Source: Laetmonice hystrix
Lineage: Eukaryota
Reading direction: 5' to 3'
DNA: 64,000 nt
NCBI GenBank assembly: GCA_965235115.1
Contig: OZ249448.1
Span: 7,316,001 to 7,380,000, forward strand
Under the pieces are notes generated by a model, which was not told the DNA's origin, did not search any database, and was given only the letters and a program-made list of their open reading frames with translations. Both the position numbers and the translations under genes were made by a program. Positions within the stretch are counted from its first letter, which is position 1. Every line of letters starts with the position of its first letter. Of this stretch, positions 40,201 through 52,629 are shown in pieces.

Positions 40201-43200
40201 TCAGCGGTAGATCAGGTCCTGGGGAATTCACAGTCAGTTTCACAGATTCCCTTGATAAACTTGACTTTCAGGGAAACGGTAGGCTTCCTCATGTACTGGT
40301 CGTCTAATAGGTCTCTGCGTTATTGCGTGTCAAACTCCCGTAAAACCCAGCAGCAATGATCCATTTGTTACTAAAGTTTTTACCGAACAACGCCTGTAAG
40401 GCCGCATTTTCTTACTTGAGTCAGCCAGGTGCTAGCTCTCGAATATCGATGTGCCTTAAGATACCGCGATTTCTGGGCGCCCTTTGTGTTTAATGCGAAA
40501 CTAGAGTCAAGAGTCAATAGAGAACCCACTCCAAACCTGACCAAGACGATTACCACATCCGAACAGTGGAGCCAAGCCTTATCTCCGTCCAGGTAATGAT
40601 TACCCAAACAGTCAGCCTTCCTCAATGTGCGGTCTTAACAAAAGTCACGAGTTGCACTGTAGAAAAGGTCAACCGGTTCAGGCGAGCGCTGGAGTAGGGA
40701 GTCCTCCGTGGCGTCCCTTTGATATCAGCAGGAATGTTCTCCTTGTGCCTGCTGAGAAATGACACATAATTCTGGCAATGCCGCCAACAGCGGTCACCGG
40801 TGGCCGTCAGTGATTGAGATCTGTGGTAAGGAGGGCACGTGGTCAGACACAGGATTCACACCAGCCAACCTGATCGTTTCTCCACGCATGCCATCCCATC
40901 TACTCTGAGAGACTCGAGGTTGGCTGCAGTCAGGCTGTCACTCCTGTCAGTCAGGGTTCCTGATCTACCTGTGATCAATAACTCGGCAGGTAAGCTCACG
41001 TGTACCGACTTCCCCGGGGTCCGAACCCGGCAACAGGTGAGCGAGGCTGGGATCTCCGGCCGGGATGTCAATGGTATAACTCCTCTCATCGGGCGCACCT
41101 CCTCGCTGACTAATCACTGCAAGAGGAGCCACTCTCTGGTTATCCAGTCACTGATCTCTAAAGACTTCTGACATGAACATGTCGTATCAGATCAATCTAG
41201 CCACTGGCAAGTCCCATTTGAATCCCGACAAACCATTGGGACATTTGTATGGTATCCCCTATATTAAGTACACAGTTCACTTTCCCATAGCAATGTCCAC
41301 TGCACTGCCGACAGGTTTTCCTCTCTATTTTCAGTGGTGGAGTTGCAGTGCCACAAGTTTTTCTATAACAGTTGAAGCGCCAAAGGGTTTACCAATAATA
41401 TATACGGCTCCACTAGCACCTCTTATTGCTATGTAAGCGCCACTAGGTATCCCTATTAGTATTTGCAGCGCCAGCAAGTTTTCTAATACCGATCTGCCGA
41501 GAAAGACCTCACTCAGGACCAGGGTGTGCAGCACATGATCCAAAACTTCCGCGGCTTACACAACTCCTTGTTTTAATAGTTGCCACGAAGTTGGCAACGC
41601 ATCGCGAAGTGAGATGGTCCGTCCACTCAAAGTCCCACGTTGTGCTACTCAGCCACCCTCGTCTTGGCCCTGGATATTGGCGGCTAATTGCTGGGTATAA
41701 TCCTTGCTCGGATAATCCGATTTGGAGCTTTGGGTGTCCTCAGAAATTGACTTTGGTTCCAGTGCGTGTCGTCCGTTCTGGCGAGCACGTGGTTAAGGAG
41801 CGAGTCTGCACAGCCTGTCGTTGACACGGGGAGTTTGGTGGTGGCCGGCGCTCCAGATGGCAGGTCTGAGGCGCAAGTCGGAGGCTGATGCTGAGGCTGA
41901 GCAGCCGGAGACGGTGGAGGTGGGGGTGTTGGCGGCGGCACTTGGTGTGGACAATGGTTCACGGCAGCGCTCTGCCATCGTTCAGGATCTGTCCGTACCC
42001 ACCCTGCCCGCGTACTCACAGCGGGATAAACGCCAAGTGACAGCACCTACCGTCTGCCCCACATAGTGTCTCCCTCACCGTCCCAACGCTGGCCGTACTA
42101 ATCGAACAATAAAACCGACCGACACATAGGGATTCTTCATTAACAACCACACACATTCAATATCACCAGTCACCCCGCACATACAACCAATCCCTGACTT
42201 CCCCTAACTATTTCATACCGTTTCTTTACCACCATTACCACCCCCTCCAAAAATAAAGGAAAGAAAAATTATAAGTAAAGAAGCACCATATATAACCTGT
42301 ATAACTGGCGATCGCTCCCATCACTACAACATATATACATAGAATATATCCAATATACCTTCACATTCAATCATACATATTCAATCTGTAATCAGGCTTG
42401 TACCACCCACGTTCTACTGATAACAACCGATTACAGTATCGAGCAGGGTTTCCGACTTGCCATGTCCCACCTATAAAAATACGACGCGATAATCAGACTT
42501 CTAGAAGCAAAGTCATCGGTCATGTGACCATCGAGCCAATGGTTGCCATTCCAGCCAATCTAGACTAGAGAGCAATCAGATATGATATGAAAAATGTCAA
42601 TCAACGCTCAAAATAAGGCTTTTTAAAACAAAATTATTGATATCTAATAAATATGACAGAAATTGCACGGTCTTGACGCCGTATTCATCACTCAATGTCT
42701 GCCCCGTGTTCCTGCAATGCGAAGGTTCAATCCCTGTAGATAACCAAAATAGTTGCTATATCGATAAAAGTCAACATCAAATGTAACATTGGCAACAGTA
42801 AATCGTTAGACATGAATACAAACTACTAGAAGGAACTTTTAAATAAGGCTACAGTAATCTCTGGGTCTCATGACTTATAGGGGACTGTTTCTGATGTAAA
42901 TAACCTGACAACTCCTAAGTCTGTCAATGTAATCGGTATTGGACACGGGCTGGGTTGCAAGGATGTAGTGACCATGAACTCATTCTCTATGTAAATACCA
43001 TGAGGATTCCCCTATATATCTGCCCAGACAGAGTTTGAACCAGACGTGTTGGGAAATTAGATAACTTACTGACTCCTCTGTATGCCGTATTATTAAAATG
43101 GAACAGCAGGGTGACCTTTAGTGTGTGCGGAAATTTAACATCCGAGATATATTTTTCACAAGGACCTCCCTAATTCATAAGTCTGTCGATGGATATTCCG

Positions 43201-43252
43201 ACCCCAGGAATCAGTTTTTAGTTGGCTGATTGTTCTTTCCTTAATCTACTCT

Positions 43253-46016
43253 ACAGGTCAGTCATAAACGGGTGCATCATCCCCCACTCCTCATCTAGAC
43301 CTCACAGGTCAGTAACAAACTGGTCCATCATCCCCCACTCCTCATCTAGACCTCACAGGTCAGTAACAAACTGGTCCATCATCCCCCACTCCTCATCTAG
43401 ACCTCACAGGTCAGTAATAAACTGGTCCATCATCCCCCACTCCTCATCTAGACCTCACAGGTCAGTAATAAACTGGTCCATCATCCCCCACTCCTCATCT
43501 AGACCTCACAGGTCAGTAATAAACTGGTCCATCATCCCCCACTCCTCATCTAGACCTCACAGGTCAGTAATAAACTGGTCCATCATCCCCCACTCCTCAT
43601 CTAGACCTCACAGGTCAGTAATAAACTGGTCCATCATCCCCCACTCCTCATCTAGACCTCACAGGTCAGTAATAAACTGGTCCATCATCCCCCACTCCTC
43701 ATCTAGACCTCACAGGTCAGTAATAAACTGGTCCATCATCCCCCACCCCTCATCTAGACCTCACAGGTCAGTAATAAACTGGTCCATCATCCCCCACTCC
43801 TCATCTAGACCTCAAAGATCAGTAATAAACTGGTCCATCATCCCCCACTCCTCATCTAGACCTCACAGGTCAGTAATAAACTGGTCCATCCTCTCCACTC
43901 CTCATCTAGACCTCACAGGTCAGTAATAAACTGGTCCATCATCCCCCACTCCTCATCTAGACCTCACAGGTCAGTAATAAACTGGTCCATCATCCCCCAC
44001 TCCTCATCTAGACCTCACAGGTCAGTAACAAACTGGTCCATCATCCCCCACTCCTCATCTAGACCTCACAGGTCAGTAATAAACTGGTCCATCATCCCCC
44101 ACTTCTCATCTAGACCTCACAGGTCAGTAATAAACTGGTCCATCCTCCCCACTCCTCATCTAGACCTCACAGGTCAGTAACAAACTGGTCCATCATCCCC
44201 CACTCCTCATCTAGACCTCACAGGTCAGTAATAAACTGGTCCATCATCCCCCACTCATCATCTAGACCTCACAGGTCAGTAATAAACTGGTCCATCATCC
44301 CCCACTCCTCATCTAGACCTCACAGGTCAGTAATAAACTGGTCCATCATCCCCCACTCCTCATCTAGACCTCACAGGTCAGTAATAAACTGGTCCATCAT
44401 CCCCCACTCCTCATCTAGACCTCACAGGTCAGTAATAAACTGGTCCATCATCCCCCACTCCTCATCTAGACCTCACAGGTCAGTAATAAACTGGTTCATC
44501 ATCCCCCACTCCTCATCTAGACCTCACAGGTTAGTATTAAACTGGTCCATCATCCCCCACTCCTCATCTAGACCTCACAGGTCAGTAATAAACTGGTCCA
44601 TCATCCCCCACTCCTCATCTAGACCTCACAGGTCAGTAATAAACTGGTCCATCATCCCCCACTTCTCATCTAGACCTCACAGGTCAGTAATAAACTGGTC
44701 CATCATCCCCCACTCCTCATCTAGACCTCACAGGTCAGTAACAAACTGGTTCATCATCCCCCACTCCTCATCTAGACCTCACAGGTCAGTAACAAACTGG
44801 TTCATCATCCCCCACTCCTCATCTAGACCTCACAGGTCAGTAATAAACTGGTCCATCATCCCCCACTCCTCATCTAGACCTCACAGGTCAGTAACAAACT
44901 GGTTCATCATCCCCCACTCCTCATCTAGACCTCACAGGTCAGTAATAAACTGGTCCATCCTCTCCACTCCTCATCTAGACCTCACAGGTCAGTAATAAAC
45001 TGGTCCATCATCCCCCACTCCTCATCTAGACCTCACAGGTCAGTAATAAACTGGTCCATCATCCCCCACCCCTCATCTAGACCTCACAGGTCAGTAATAA
45101 ACTGGTCCATCATCCCCCACTCCTCATCTAGACCTCACAGGTCAGTAATAAACTGGTCCATCATCCCCCACCCCTCATCTAGACCTCACAGGTCAGTAAT
45201 AAACTGGTTCATCATCCCCCACTCCTCATCTAGACCTCACAGGTCAGTAATAAACTGGTCCATCCTCTCCACTCCTCATCTAGACCTCACAGGTCAGTAA
45301 CAAACTGGTCCATCATCCCCCACTCCTCATCTAGACCTCACAGGTCAGTAATAAACTGGTCCATCATCCCCCACTCCTCATCTAGACCTCACAGGTCAGT
45401 AATAAACTGGTCCATCATCCCCCACTCCTCATCTAGACCTCACAGGTCAGTAATAAACTGGTCCATCATCCCCCACTCCTCATCTAGACCTCACAGGTCA
45501 GTAATAAACTGGTCCATCATCCCCCACTCCTCATCTAGACCTCACAGGTCAGTAACAAACTGGTCCATCATCCCCCACTCCTCATCTAGACCTCACAGGT
45601 CAGTAATAAACTGGTCCATCCTCCCCCACTCCTCATCTAGACCTCACAGGTCAGTAACAAACTGGTCCATCATCCCCCACTCCTCATCTAGACCTCACAG
45701 GTCAGTAATAAACTGGTCCATCCTCCCCCACTCCTCATCTAGACCTCACAGGTCAGTAACAAACTGGTCCATCATCCCCCACTCCTCATCTAGACCTCAC
45801 AGGTCAGTAATAAACTGGTCCATCATCCCCCACTCCTCATCTAGACCTCACAGGTCAGTAATAAACTGGTCCATCATCCCCCACTCCTCATCTAGACCTC
45901 ACAGGTCAGTAATAAACTGGTCCATCATCCTCCACTCCTCATCTAGACCTCACAGGTCAGTAATAAACTGGTCCATCATCCCCCACTCCTCATCTAGACC
46001 TCACAGGTCAGTAATA
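43253..46016. repeat. 51-bp minisatellite, ~54 copies
   Basis: Unit CACAGGTCAGTAATAAACTGGTCCATCATCCCCCACTCCTCATCTAGACCT, highly homogeneous. Confidence 0.98.
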
Positions 46017-47224
46017 TACTGCTGTACCATTCCCCGTTCCTATCCCACACCCCACAGGTCAGTCATTACCTGATTTCACCATTACTCTTCCATCAATATC
46101 ACATTTCATCGTGTTTATTTTAGCCAGTGCCTCCTCACCTTTATCCGGCTGGTGACCGTCCATCACGTTTTAGTTCACCCAAAATTGTTCAAATTAAAAG
46201 CCTTCATTGGCCAGAGTGCATTATTGGTTCACCGTTCAAATTAATATCCGGATTACGATGGCAAAAACAGATGGGAAAAAGATAAACGCGGAAAACACGC
46301 TAAAAACTGGATGTTACTTGGCAAGAACAGCATGAGATTCCATCATTTCTTGGTACGATAACGGGCAGCTGACACGCAACGGTCTCGCCCTTCCCACCTC
46401 CTCATCCAGACAGACAGCCAGCCAGTCACCTTATAAATACGGCGGCCAGTATGTGTGGGCCATACACCGTGGTGATGTCACATCACCACCGACACCTCAT
46501 GATATATTCTCGCTGTGAGTCTGGCTTGTACCCCCTCCCCTCCGACCCCACCCTCACTACGACCCCCTCCGACCGACTGGGCAAGTCGTACAGCGTCACG
46601 ACAGCTACTGTTGACATGCTCTGAGCTACTCGCCGCCATACTGCAGGGCCACAATTTCTGATCAGGCCAACAATAAATCTTGCAGTACCTTGCAAGAATT
46701 ATGTCGGGACGCAGAAAGATTCCATCTGGTCGTGGCGAACCCTCTAAAGAAGCTAGGTGAACCGGTAACTTAAAAGAACAAATAGAAGAAATAGCAATAT
46801 GGACACTAAAAACTGCTATCATAACTTAAACGTGATGAAGCATGGCTTCAATTAGTGCAGTTCGAGCATTTACACATTCAGACATATAGGCACCCCGCGT
46901 CAAAAGAAGCAGTAACTATACGTTATCATTTTCGAACCACCTGTTTGAATATATTACCTATACAAGTACTGAGCTGCTTTTCTTTCTTTTTTTATCAAGC
47001 GACCTGCATGAAGGACGTCCCTGTTTGATCTATGGTACCAAGGCAAAGAACCCCATTGTTTACCTCAGACTTTGCGCTACCTTAACCTGACAGGAAGCCT
47101 GATTATGACGAGTGAACCTTGACTTTAGCTGACAGCTCTAACACGGGCTTAGTGTATGTGTGGGCGACAGCCGGGCTGAGTACGAGGGCGACGACGTTAC
47201 AGTGTGAGCTGGATGTCAGGTTAG

Positions 47225-47345
47225 ACGTGACGACGTCATACCTCCCATGACATCACGTGACCTGTATTACGTCCGTCCGTGTCTACTTCCGGCGGATCTC
47301 ATCAAGACGTCCGTCACTGGAAGTACGTCACGAGACGCTGTGGGC
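47225..47345. promoter_or_regulatory. CpG-rich putative promoter (ETS, CRE-like and E-box motifs)
   Basis: Within about 110 bp: GACGTCA (47232), TCACGTGAC (47253), ACTTCCGG (47285), GGAAGT (47319) and TACGTCA (47324), with local CpG enrichment. Such clusters are typical of metazoan housekeeping promoters. Confidence 0.5.
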
Positions 47346-49155
47346 CCTCGGTATGCACGTCTTAGACTTAGGACCCATTTTTAAGGTCCACGACTCGAAG
47401 GTAAAGCCAAAGTAATACCTGACGTACAAAGAACCTAGCAACATCAGTGTAAGGGCCAACGTTGGCAAGGCATGATCTTTCTTCCGTACGCTGTATGAAA
47501 GTCTATTTACATAGACTTAACTCTGGTGTAATCTTATAATTTATAAAGGGAAAATTAAATTGTTTATCTTTCTAGATGAAGACGGAGCACAACCCGGCAA
47601 CGGCCCTTGGCCCTCGAATATTCTGCAAGTTCTTACCAAGTACATGTTCTAAGAGCTTCGACCTAAAATTGTTTACCGACGTTCTCGGTTGAAGTATTTT
47701 TGGTCCATTATGGAGAACCCCTTACTGCATGCCACTGAAGATCAATTCTTCTCATCCAAACCGAATACATTTAGGTGTGATCAGACGCTTAGAAAATTTC
47801 ATTTAGAATGCTGTGCAGTGCTGACAACTTGGAGTAGTTCCTGCAGTTAGAAATGATCAATACAAGATGTGGCCCTTTCAGAAGATCTCCATGTACACAG
47901 AAGGTCCTCGAGCGGCTGGCTGTAGCCGTCACTGAGACTAGGCGATCTTCAGGACAAAGGCTGTGAGTCCCATGAATGGCGGCCGTGGTCCTTGACCGGA
48001 TTTACCCCCCACTGACGGGACACGTCACGGGCAGGGCGTGGCGTGCACGTGACAAATACTGCACGTTCTACTCGTACAACCACCATGAGGGGCTGGCCCC
48101 GCCAGTGTGGATGTACAGGGGACTGGGACATCAGACGGGGTACCCAGGATATCCTTGGAAACACAAAGGATAGACACACAAAAACCATTCCAACCTGCCG
48201 CAGTCCACAGAGGACGTATCTCTGCTGATTGTACTTTAAAACAAGGACATCAATAGACATCAATACACGACAAGCTCAATCAAAACACGAGCTGCTGTCC
48301 CACAAAGACCACTGCCATAGCCGTCAGGACTTTTTGTCCGTTTTGATTGTTCCTGTTTTTCCCGTCCGCGGGCACGGCTTTAGTGGAATCATGTTTCTTT
48401 AATTACGAGACATGAAAATCACTTTTATGGAAAACTTTCGTGACCTGGCGACTTTGAGGAGACCCAATAAACGTATTTCATTGCAGATAACTTTAACAAG
48501 GCTTATTTAGATAGCAGGGGTTGTCTGGAAAACGAGTTAAAAATTGCAAGCCTTCGGGACAACAATGATCGCTGTCTTGTACCTTGGTGTAAGCAGTAAT
48601 GGTGCCACTGTCTCCTTCTGGACCTCCAATGTGAGGAAGTCTTGTATCAATCAATAAAAACCTTCCAGCAGGATCTCCACGCTCCCATAGTCCGTCGGCA
48701 TTTTCTAGTAAGAGCTTAAAGCCAGCTTGATTATACTCTAAACTCTCAATTGTTGTATGCTGGCGCAGTACTATGAAGTGTGGGCCTCCTCGATACTATG
48801 CTGCGCGTAGTTAGAGAATCTGAGAGTAGATTGAATATGGACCTAATTGTATTTCTGACATCAGCTAGAGATGCGATATAATACAATACATATTTACTAT
48901 AACTTTGTGACTAGTAAATGCTCAAAGCAATAGAAAACTTTCTCTCCCGTGAGTAAAGAAGTCATCTCAACAGGATTAAAGGAACCGAAATCTTAGCTTC
49001 TGATCTCACCAATGAAATATAGCTAGACCCCAAAGGGTTTTAACTTCTGTAAGCTGCAATCTAAAACGACGCAAGTTACACAAGTTGCAAAAATTGGACG
49101 CTGGAAAGCGGGACCCGTCCTCTTCCACACTAGTGTCTGCAGGGCCATGCAAGAA

Positions 49156-49362
49156 AACTATCCCAGATAAGGAAGTGACTAGTTCTAACAAAAGATAACC
49201 ATGTAAGATAACTATCCCAGATAAGGAAGTGACTAGTTCTAACAAAAGATAACCATGTAAGATAACTATCCCAGATAAGGAAGTGACTAGTTCTAACAAA
49301 AGATAACCATGTAAGATAACTATCCCAGATAAGGAACTGACTAGTTCTAACAAAAGATAACC
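49156..49362. repeat. 54-bp minisatellite, ~3.8 copies, intronic
   Basis: Unit AACTATCCCAGATAAGGAAGTGACTAGTTCTAACAAAAGATAACCATGTAAGAT. Lies about 25 nt from the end of the 49388-49477 exon. Confidence 0.93.
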
Positions 49363-49387
49363 GTTTGAACCAGATTATTTCACTCAC

Positions 49388-49477
49388 CTTTTCTAGTTCT
49401 ATGAGTCTCTGCTGAAGATCGGAATTCTGAATCGTCAGCTGGGTGTTCTTGACGATCACTTCCTGTAACTCGTTCTC
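49388..49477 (-). CDS. Internal 90-nt phase-0 exon of a coiled-coil protein (ENELQEVIVKNTQLTIQNSDLQQRLIELEK)
   Basis: Acceptor ttttgtctggtgtttcag|GAG and donor AAG|GTGAGT. Exactly 30 codons with no stop. E/Q/L/N-rich heptad pattern. Confidence 0.8.
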
Positions 49478-50414
49478 CTGAAACACCAGACAAAACCAAG
49501 GGAGTACTTCCTGCCGAATGAAATGACTCTGGAAACCTGCCCAGTATCACGTCATGGATTACAAAACAAGAGGTGTACTGATATCAACGTTTTCAGACGT
49601 ACATATTCCATCCCTGATGGTTACCCTCGAAGATACCATTAACACTTTGGTCACGAATGAGAAGATACAGCACGTCAAGTCATCACAACCTAACGATGCA
49701 CATAGCTATAGGCTGCCACAATACATACACACCATAATAATTGGCCCAGACTCCATATAATTACCGAGAAGTTTTAATTATCACTTTCCAAGTCTTGTAA
49801 TTGCTCCGATTCGCCCCTTTTGTTATAGCCATTTCTTGATTATGACATGTGATCTTTTTTCTTGTAACTGACAATAAGACCGTCTGAGGGTAACTTCAAC
49901 CGCTCGACGCTCGGCCAATCAGGGAAATAAATAGCTGGCTCCGACTTTGTATCTACAGTGAGAAAGGAGCCGCACACTATAGGGACCGACTGTCAATGTA
50001 GAATGTACGAAATCTATAGACACCGTAGATATGTAGATATCATTCTGTATAGATTTATTTTCACATACCGATTCTATGTTCTTCAGTATTCTGAAGGCAA
50101 GGAATAATTCTTAAGGTACGTGTATACAGTCGTCTCAATAGCTTTCTCTAGCTTTCTCGATCAACAGATTCTGAGATATAAGATATGTAAGTGCCGCTAG
50201 GAGGCGACTCATTATAAGAAGTACACTACACGTGCGCAGTAAGTACTTAGGGTACATTAAAATCATCAATTAACTGCGCCTGTCCAAATAAGCCAAGCCC
50301 TGCGAATGTCTGAATCAATCTCGTAATATTGTAGGTACACAGCTGTACTACACACTGGATCTCCCTGGCTTGTCATGGAGCCAGCATACCATTATATCGG
50401 TCTTACCACCGCCC

Positions 50415-50820
50415 GTCCCTCCCAACCCCGTCCCCCCAACCCCTCCCAGCCCCGTCCCCCAACCCCTCCCAGCCCCGTCCCCCAACCCCTCCCAGCCCCG
50501 TCCCCCATCACCCCTCCCAGCCCCGTCCCCTAACCCCTCCCAGCCCCGTCCCCCAACCCCTCCCATCCCCGTCCCCCAGCCCCGTCCCCCAACCCCTCCC
50601 GGTCCCGTCCCCCGTCCCAGCTCGTCATAATATAATCCCAGCAGAACATTATCCTAGTTAACATTTTGGGATGTCCCCAACCCCTCCCAGCCCCGTCCCC
50701 CAACCCCTCCCAGCCCCGTCCCCCAGCCCCGTCCCCCAACCCCTCCCGGTCCCGTCCCCCGTCCCAGCTCGTCATAATATAATCCCAGCAGAACATTATC
50801 CTAGTTAACATTTTGGGATG
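50415..50820. repeat. C-rich ~23-bp minisatellite with an overlying ~147-bp duplication
   Basis: CCCCGTCCCCCAACCCCTCCCAG units. The block ...CAGCTCGTCATAATATAATCCCAGCAGAACATTATCCTAGTTAACATTTTGGGATGTC occurs twice. Confidence 0.92.
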
Positions 50821-52498
50821 TCTACTCACAATGAAATACCTTCACAAACACCACAAAGCAGCCGTAAATTACAACACATACAAAAATCTTAAAAAATAAT
50901 TTTTTTTCCTTCATTTCGCCTGAACTTTATACTGATGTTTTGTGCTAATAAGAGCTCGAAGCACTGTTATCCACTAACCTTTACTCTATAAAGCAAGCAG
51001 ATGAAAACAGTTCGTAAAAATCGTAAAAAATATATAGTAGGCCTACTCTCTTTGGCTGCAGAGAAATACAATAATATTGTTTTGCCCGTGAAGGCTACCA
51101 TAAACAGTTGAAGCGATCCCTGACCACAATGGCATGATTACCACAGTCTAGAATTGCCAATCATAATGCCTCCTTCATTTCCTCCGCAGTAGCGACACAA
51201 AAATTGCTTCCGATATTGATATGAGAACTGCCCACAGCTTAGTACTGGTGCGAGAAGTCTGTCCAATCCCATACGCTGCTCGCCTTTTGTCCGTATACAG
51301 TACGTGTATCACTGGTGCCGCACAGAGACACAAAACCTTGTCAGCTTTCCTCATGAAGAGATAAGAAGGGTCTGGATGGAGGTGGGATACGGCTTGGGGT
51401 GCCGTAATTTAATGAACAATCAAAACAAAGTATTGTAGTGCATTTTCTGTGACTGACTGTGACTGGGAGCCACCGAGCAGAAACCGTCAATCTTACGGGA
51501 CAATCCTTGATACCTGACAACAATGATACAACAGGAGATACCCAAATAAGTACTGGTGGCTTAAAAATACTCAAAGCTTTTACATCATTGTCCTAACAAA
51601 ATCTAAGACGATTCAGGAATGCGTGCCTTGCACACTAAAACCTCGATACAATAAGTATCGGTATAGCGTTAATACAAATAAATATCTCCTTTCAACAACA
51701 CCGTGGATTTAAGACTCTCAGTGTTGACAAACTAATTCCGGTCTTCCTGTTATTTTCACCAACGTCATTTAAAATCTTTCTCAATTACTGTTACAGTAAT
51801 ATCCTGAGTCTTTCTTGTTACCTTTACTGCTCATTGTTGCTGGTTAAAATATTTAGAATCCGAACGGCGACAAGAATCTACCTCAGAGACAGACTGACTG
51901 ACTGGTTTTCAGCTAGCACCATTAAAAGTCACTTTATTGTAAAATGTCAAATCTGCGTTCCTTTTTCTGGCTGTGGTTTGATAATTGGGCTAATTGTGGC
52001 CACAACGGCTGCAGGTACAGCCAATGTACTACAATTTTTGAGCTTCTCCCCAACGCTTGGCCTCTTTTTGTTAACTTCCAGCATTAATTAAGTCTGCGGT
52101 GAAGAAACCCGTTCACTGCTGGCAGGATAAAAATATAAAAAACCGCTGTTTTCTATTTATATGAAATGGTTGCAGGGCCGTAACCTGCCCCAAAATCCCA
52201 GGGGGCAGCGTCCCCTGAACATTAACCAGATAGCGTGATAGCGCGTGATGCCTGTGCCTACAAAGAATGCAAATCCCAGGGCGTAGTTGCCCTCTTGCCC
52301 CCCCCCCCCTCCCTCCTTGCAGCTCCGGTCGTTGTAGTCATTTCATTGCGCCCATACTTTTCGAAAAGCTAATGACAGAGACACCAATTTTGGCCCAAGC
52401 TTCTGATTCCCGATTCTATGTGGCAGTCCACGAGGATCCAGGCCCAATAATAATTCTTTTTTAACTGGAAATCCAACGGGTCAGGGTTGGAACCTTAC

Positions 52499-52585
52499 CC
52501 AAGGGTCAATACATCAAAAAATCCTTTCATCAAACGCCAATGATCCGGATTTACTTTGGACTGCCATGATGTCTCAAGTACGTGC
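52499..52585 (-). CDS. Internal 87-nt phase-2 exon ((R)HVLETSWQSKVNPDHWRLMKGFFDVLTL(G)), probably same gene as 49388-49477
   Basis: Acceptor gctgtttcag|G and donor GG|GTAAGG. Length is a multiple of 3 and only one of the three frames is open. Confidence 0.6.
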
Positions 52586-52629
52586 CTGAAACAGCTTATA
52601 GTTTCCCATGTACAGATGAGGTTCAATGC

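Noticed and set aside
9699-46016. Several array units are multiples of 3 (21, 36, 51, 69, 123, and further right 39, 54, 78), hinting at coding repeats
   Set aside because: About as many or more are not (32, 38, 46, 47, 52, 58, 62, 65, 67, 79). The excess over the one-third expected by chance is small.
48583-48706. Minus-strand open frame LENADGLWERGDPAG...TAYTK ending at AAG|GTACAA
   Set aside because: I could not place an acceptor that keeps it in frame with the phase-0 upstream exon, so I left it uncalled.
51100-51330. ATAEEMKEAL peptide reminiscent of uncharacterised marine-invertebrate transposon proteins
   Set aside because: A single short match flanked by stops; insufficient evidence.
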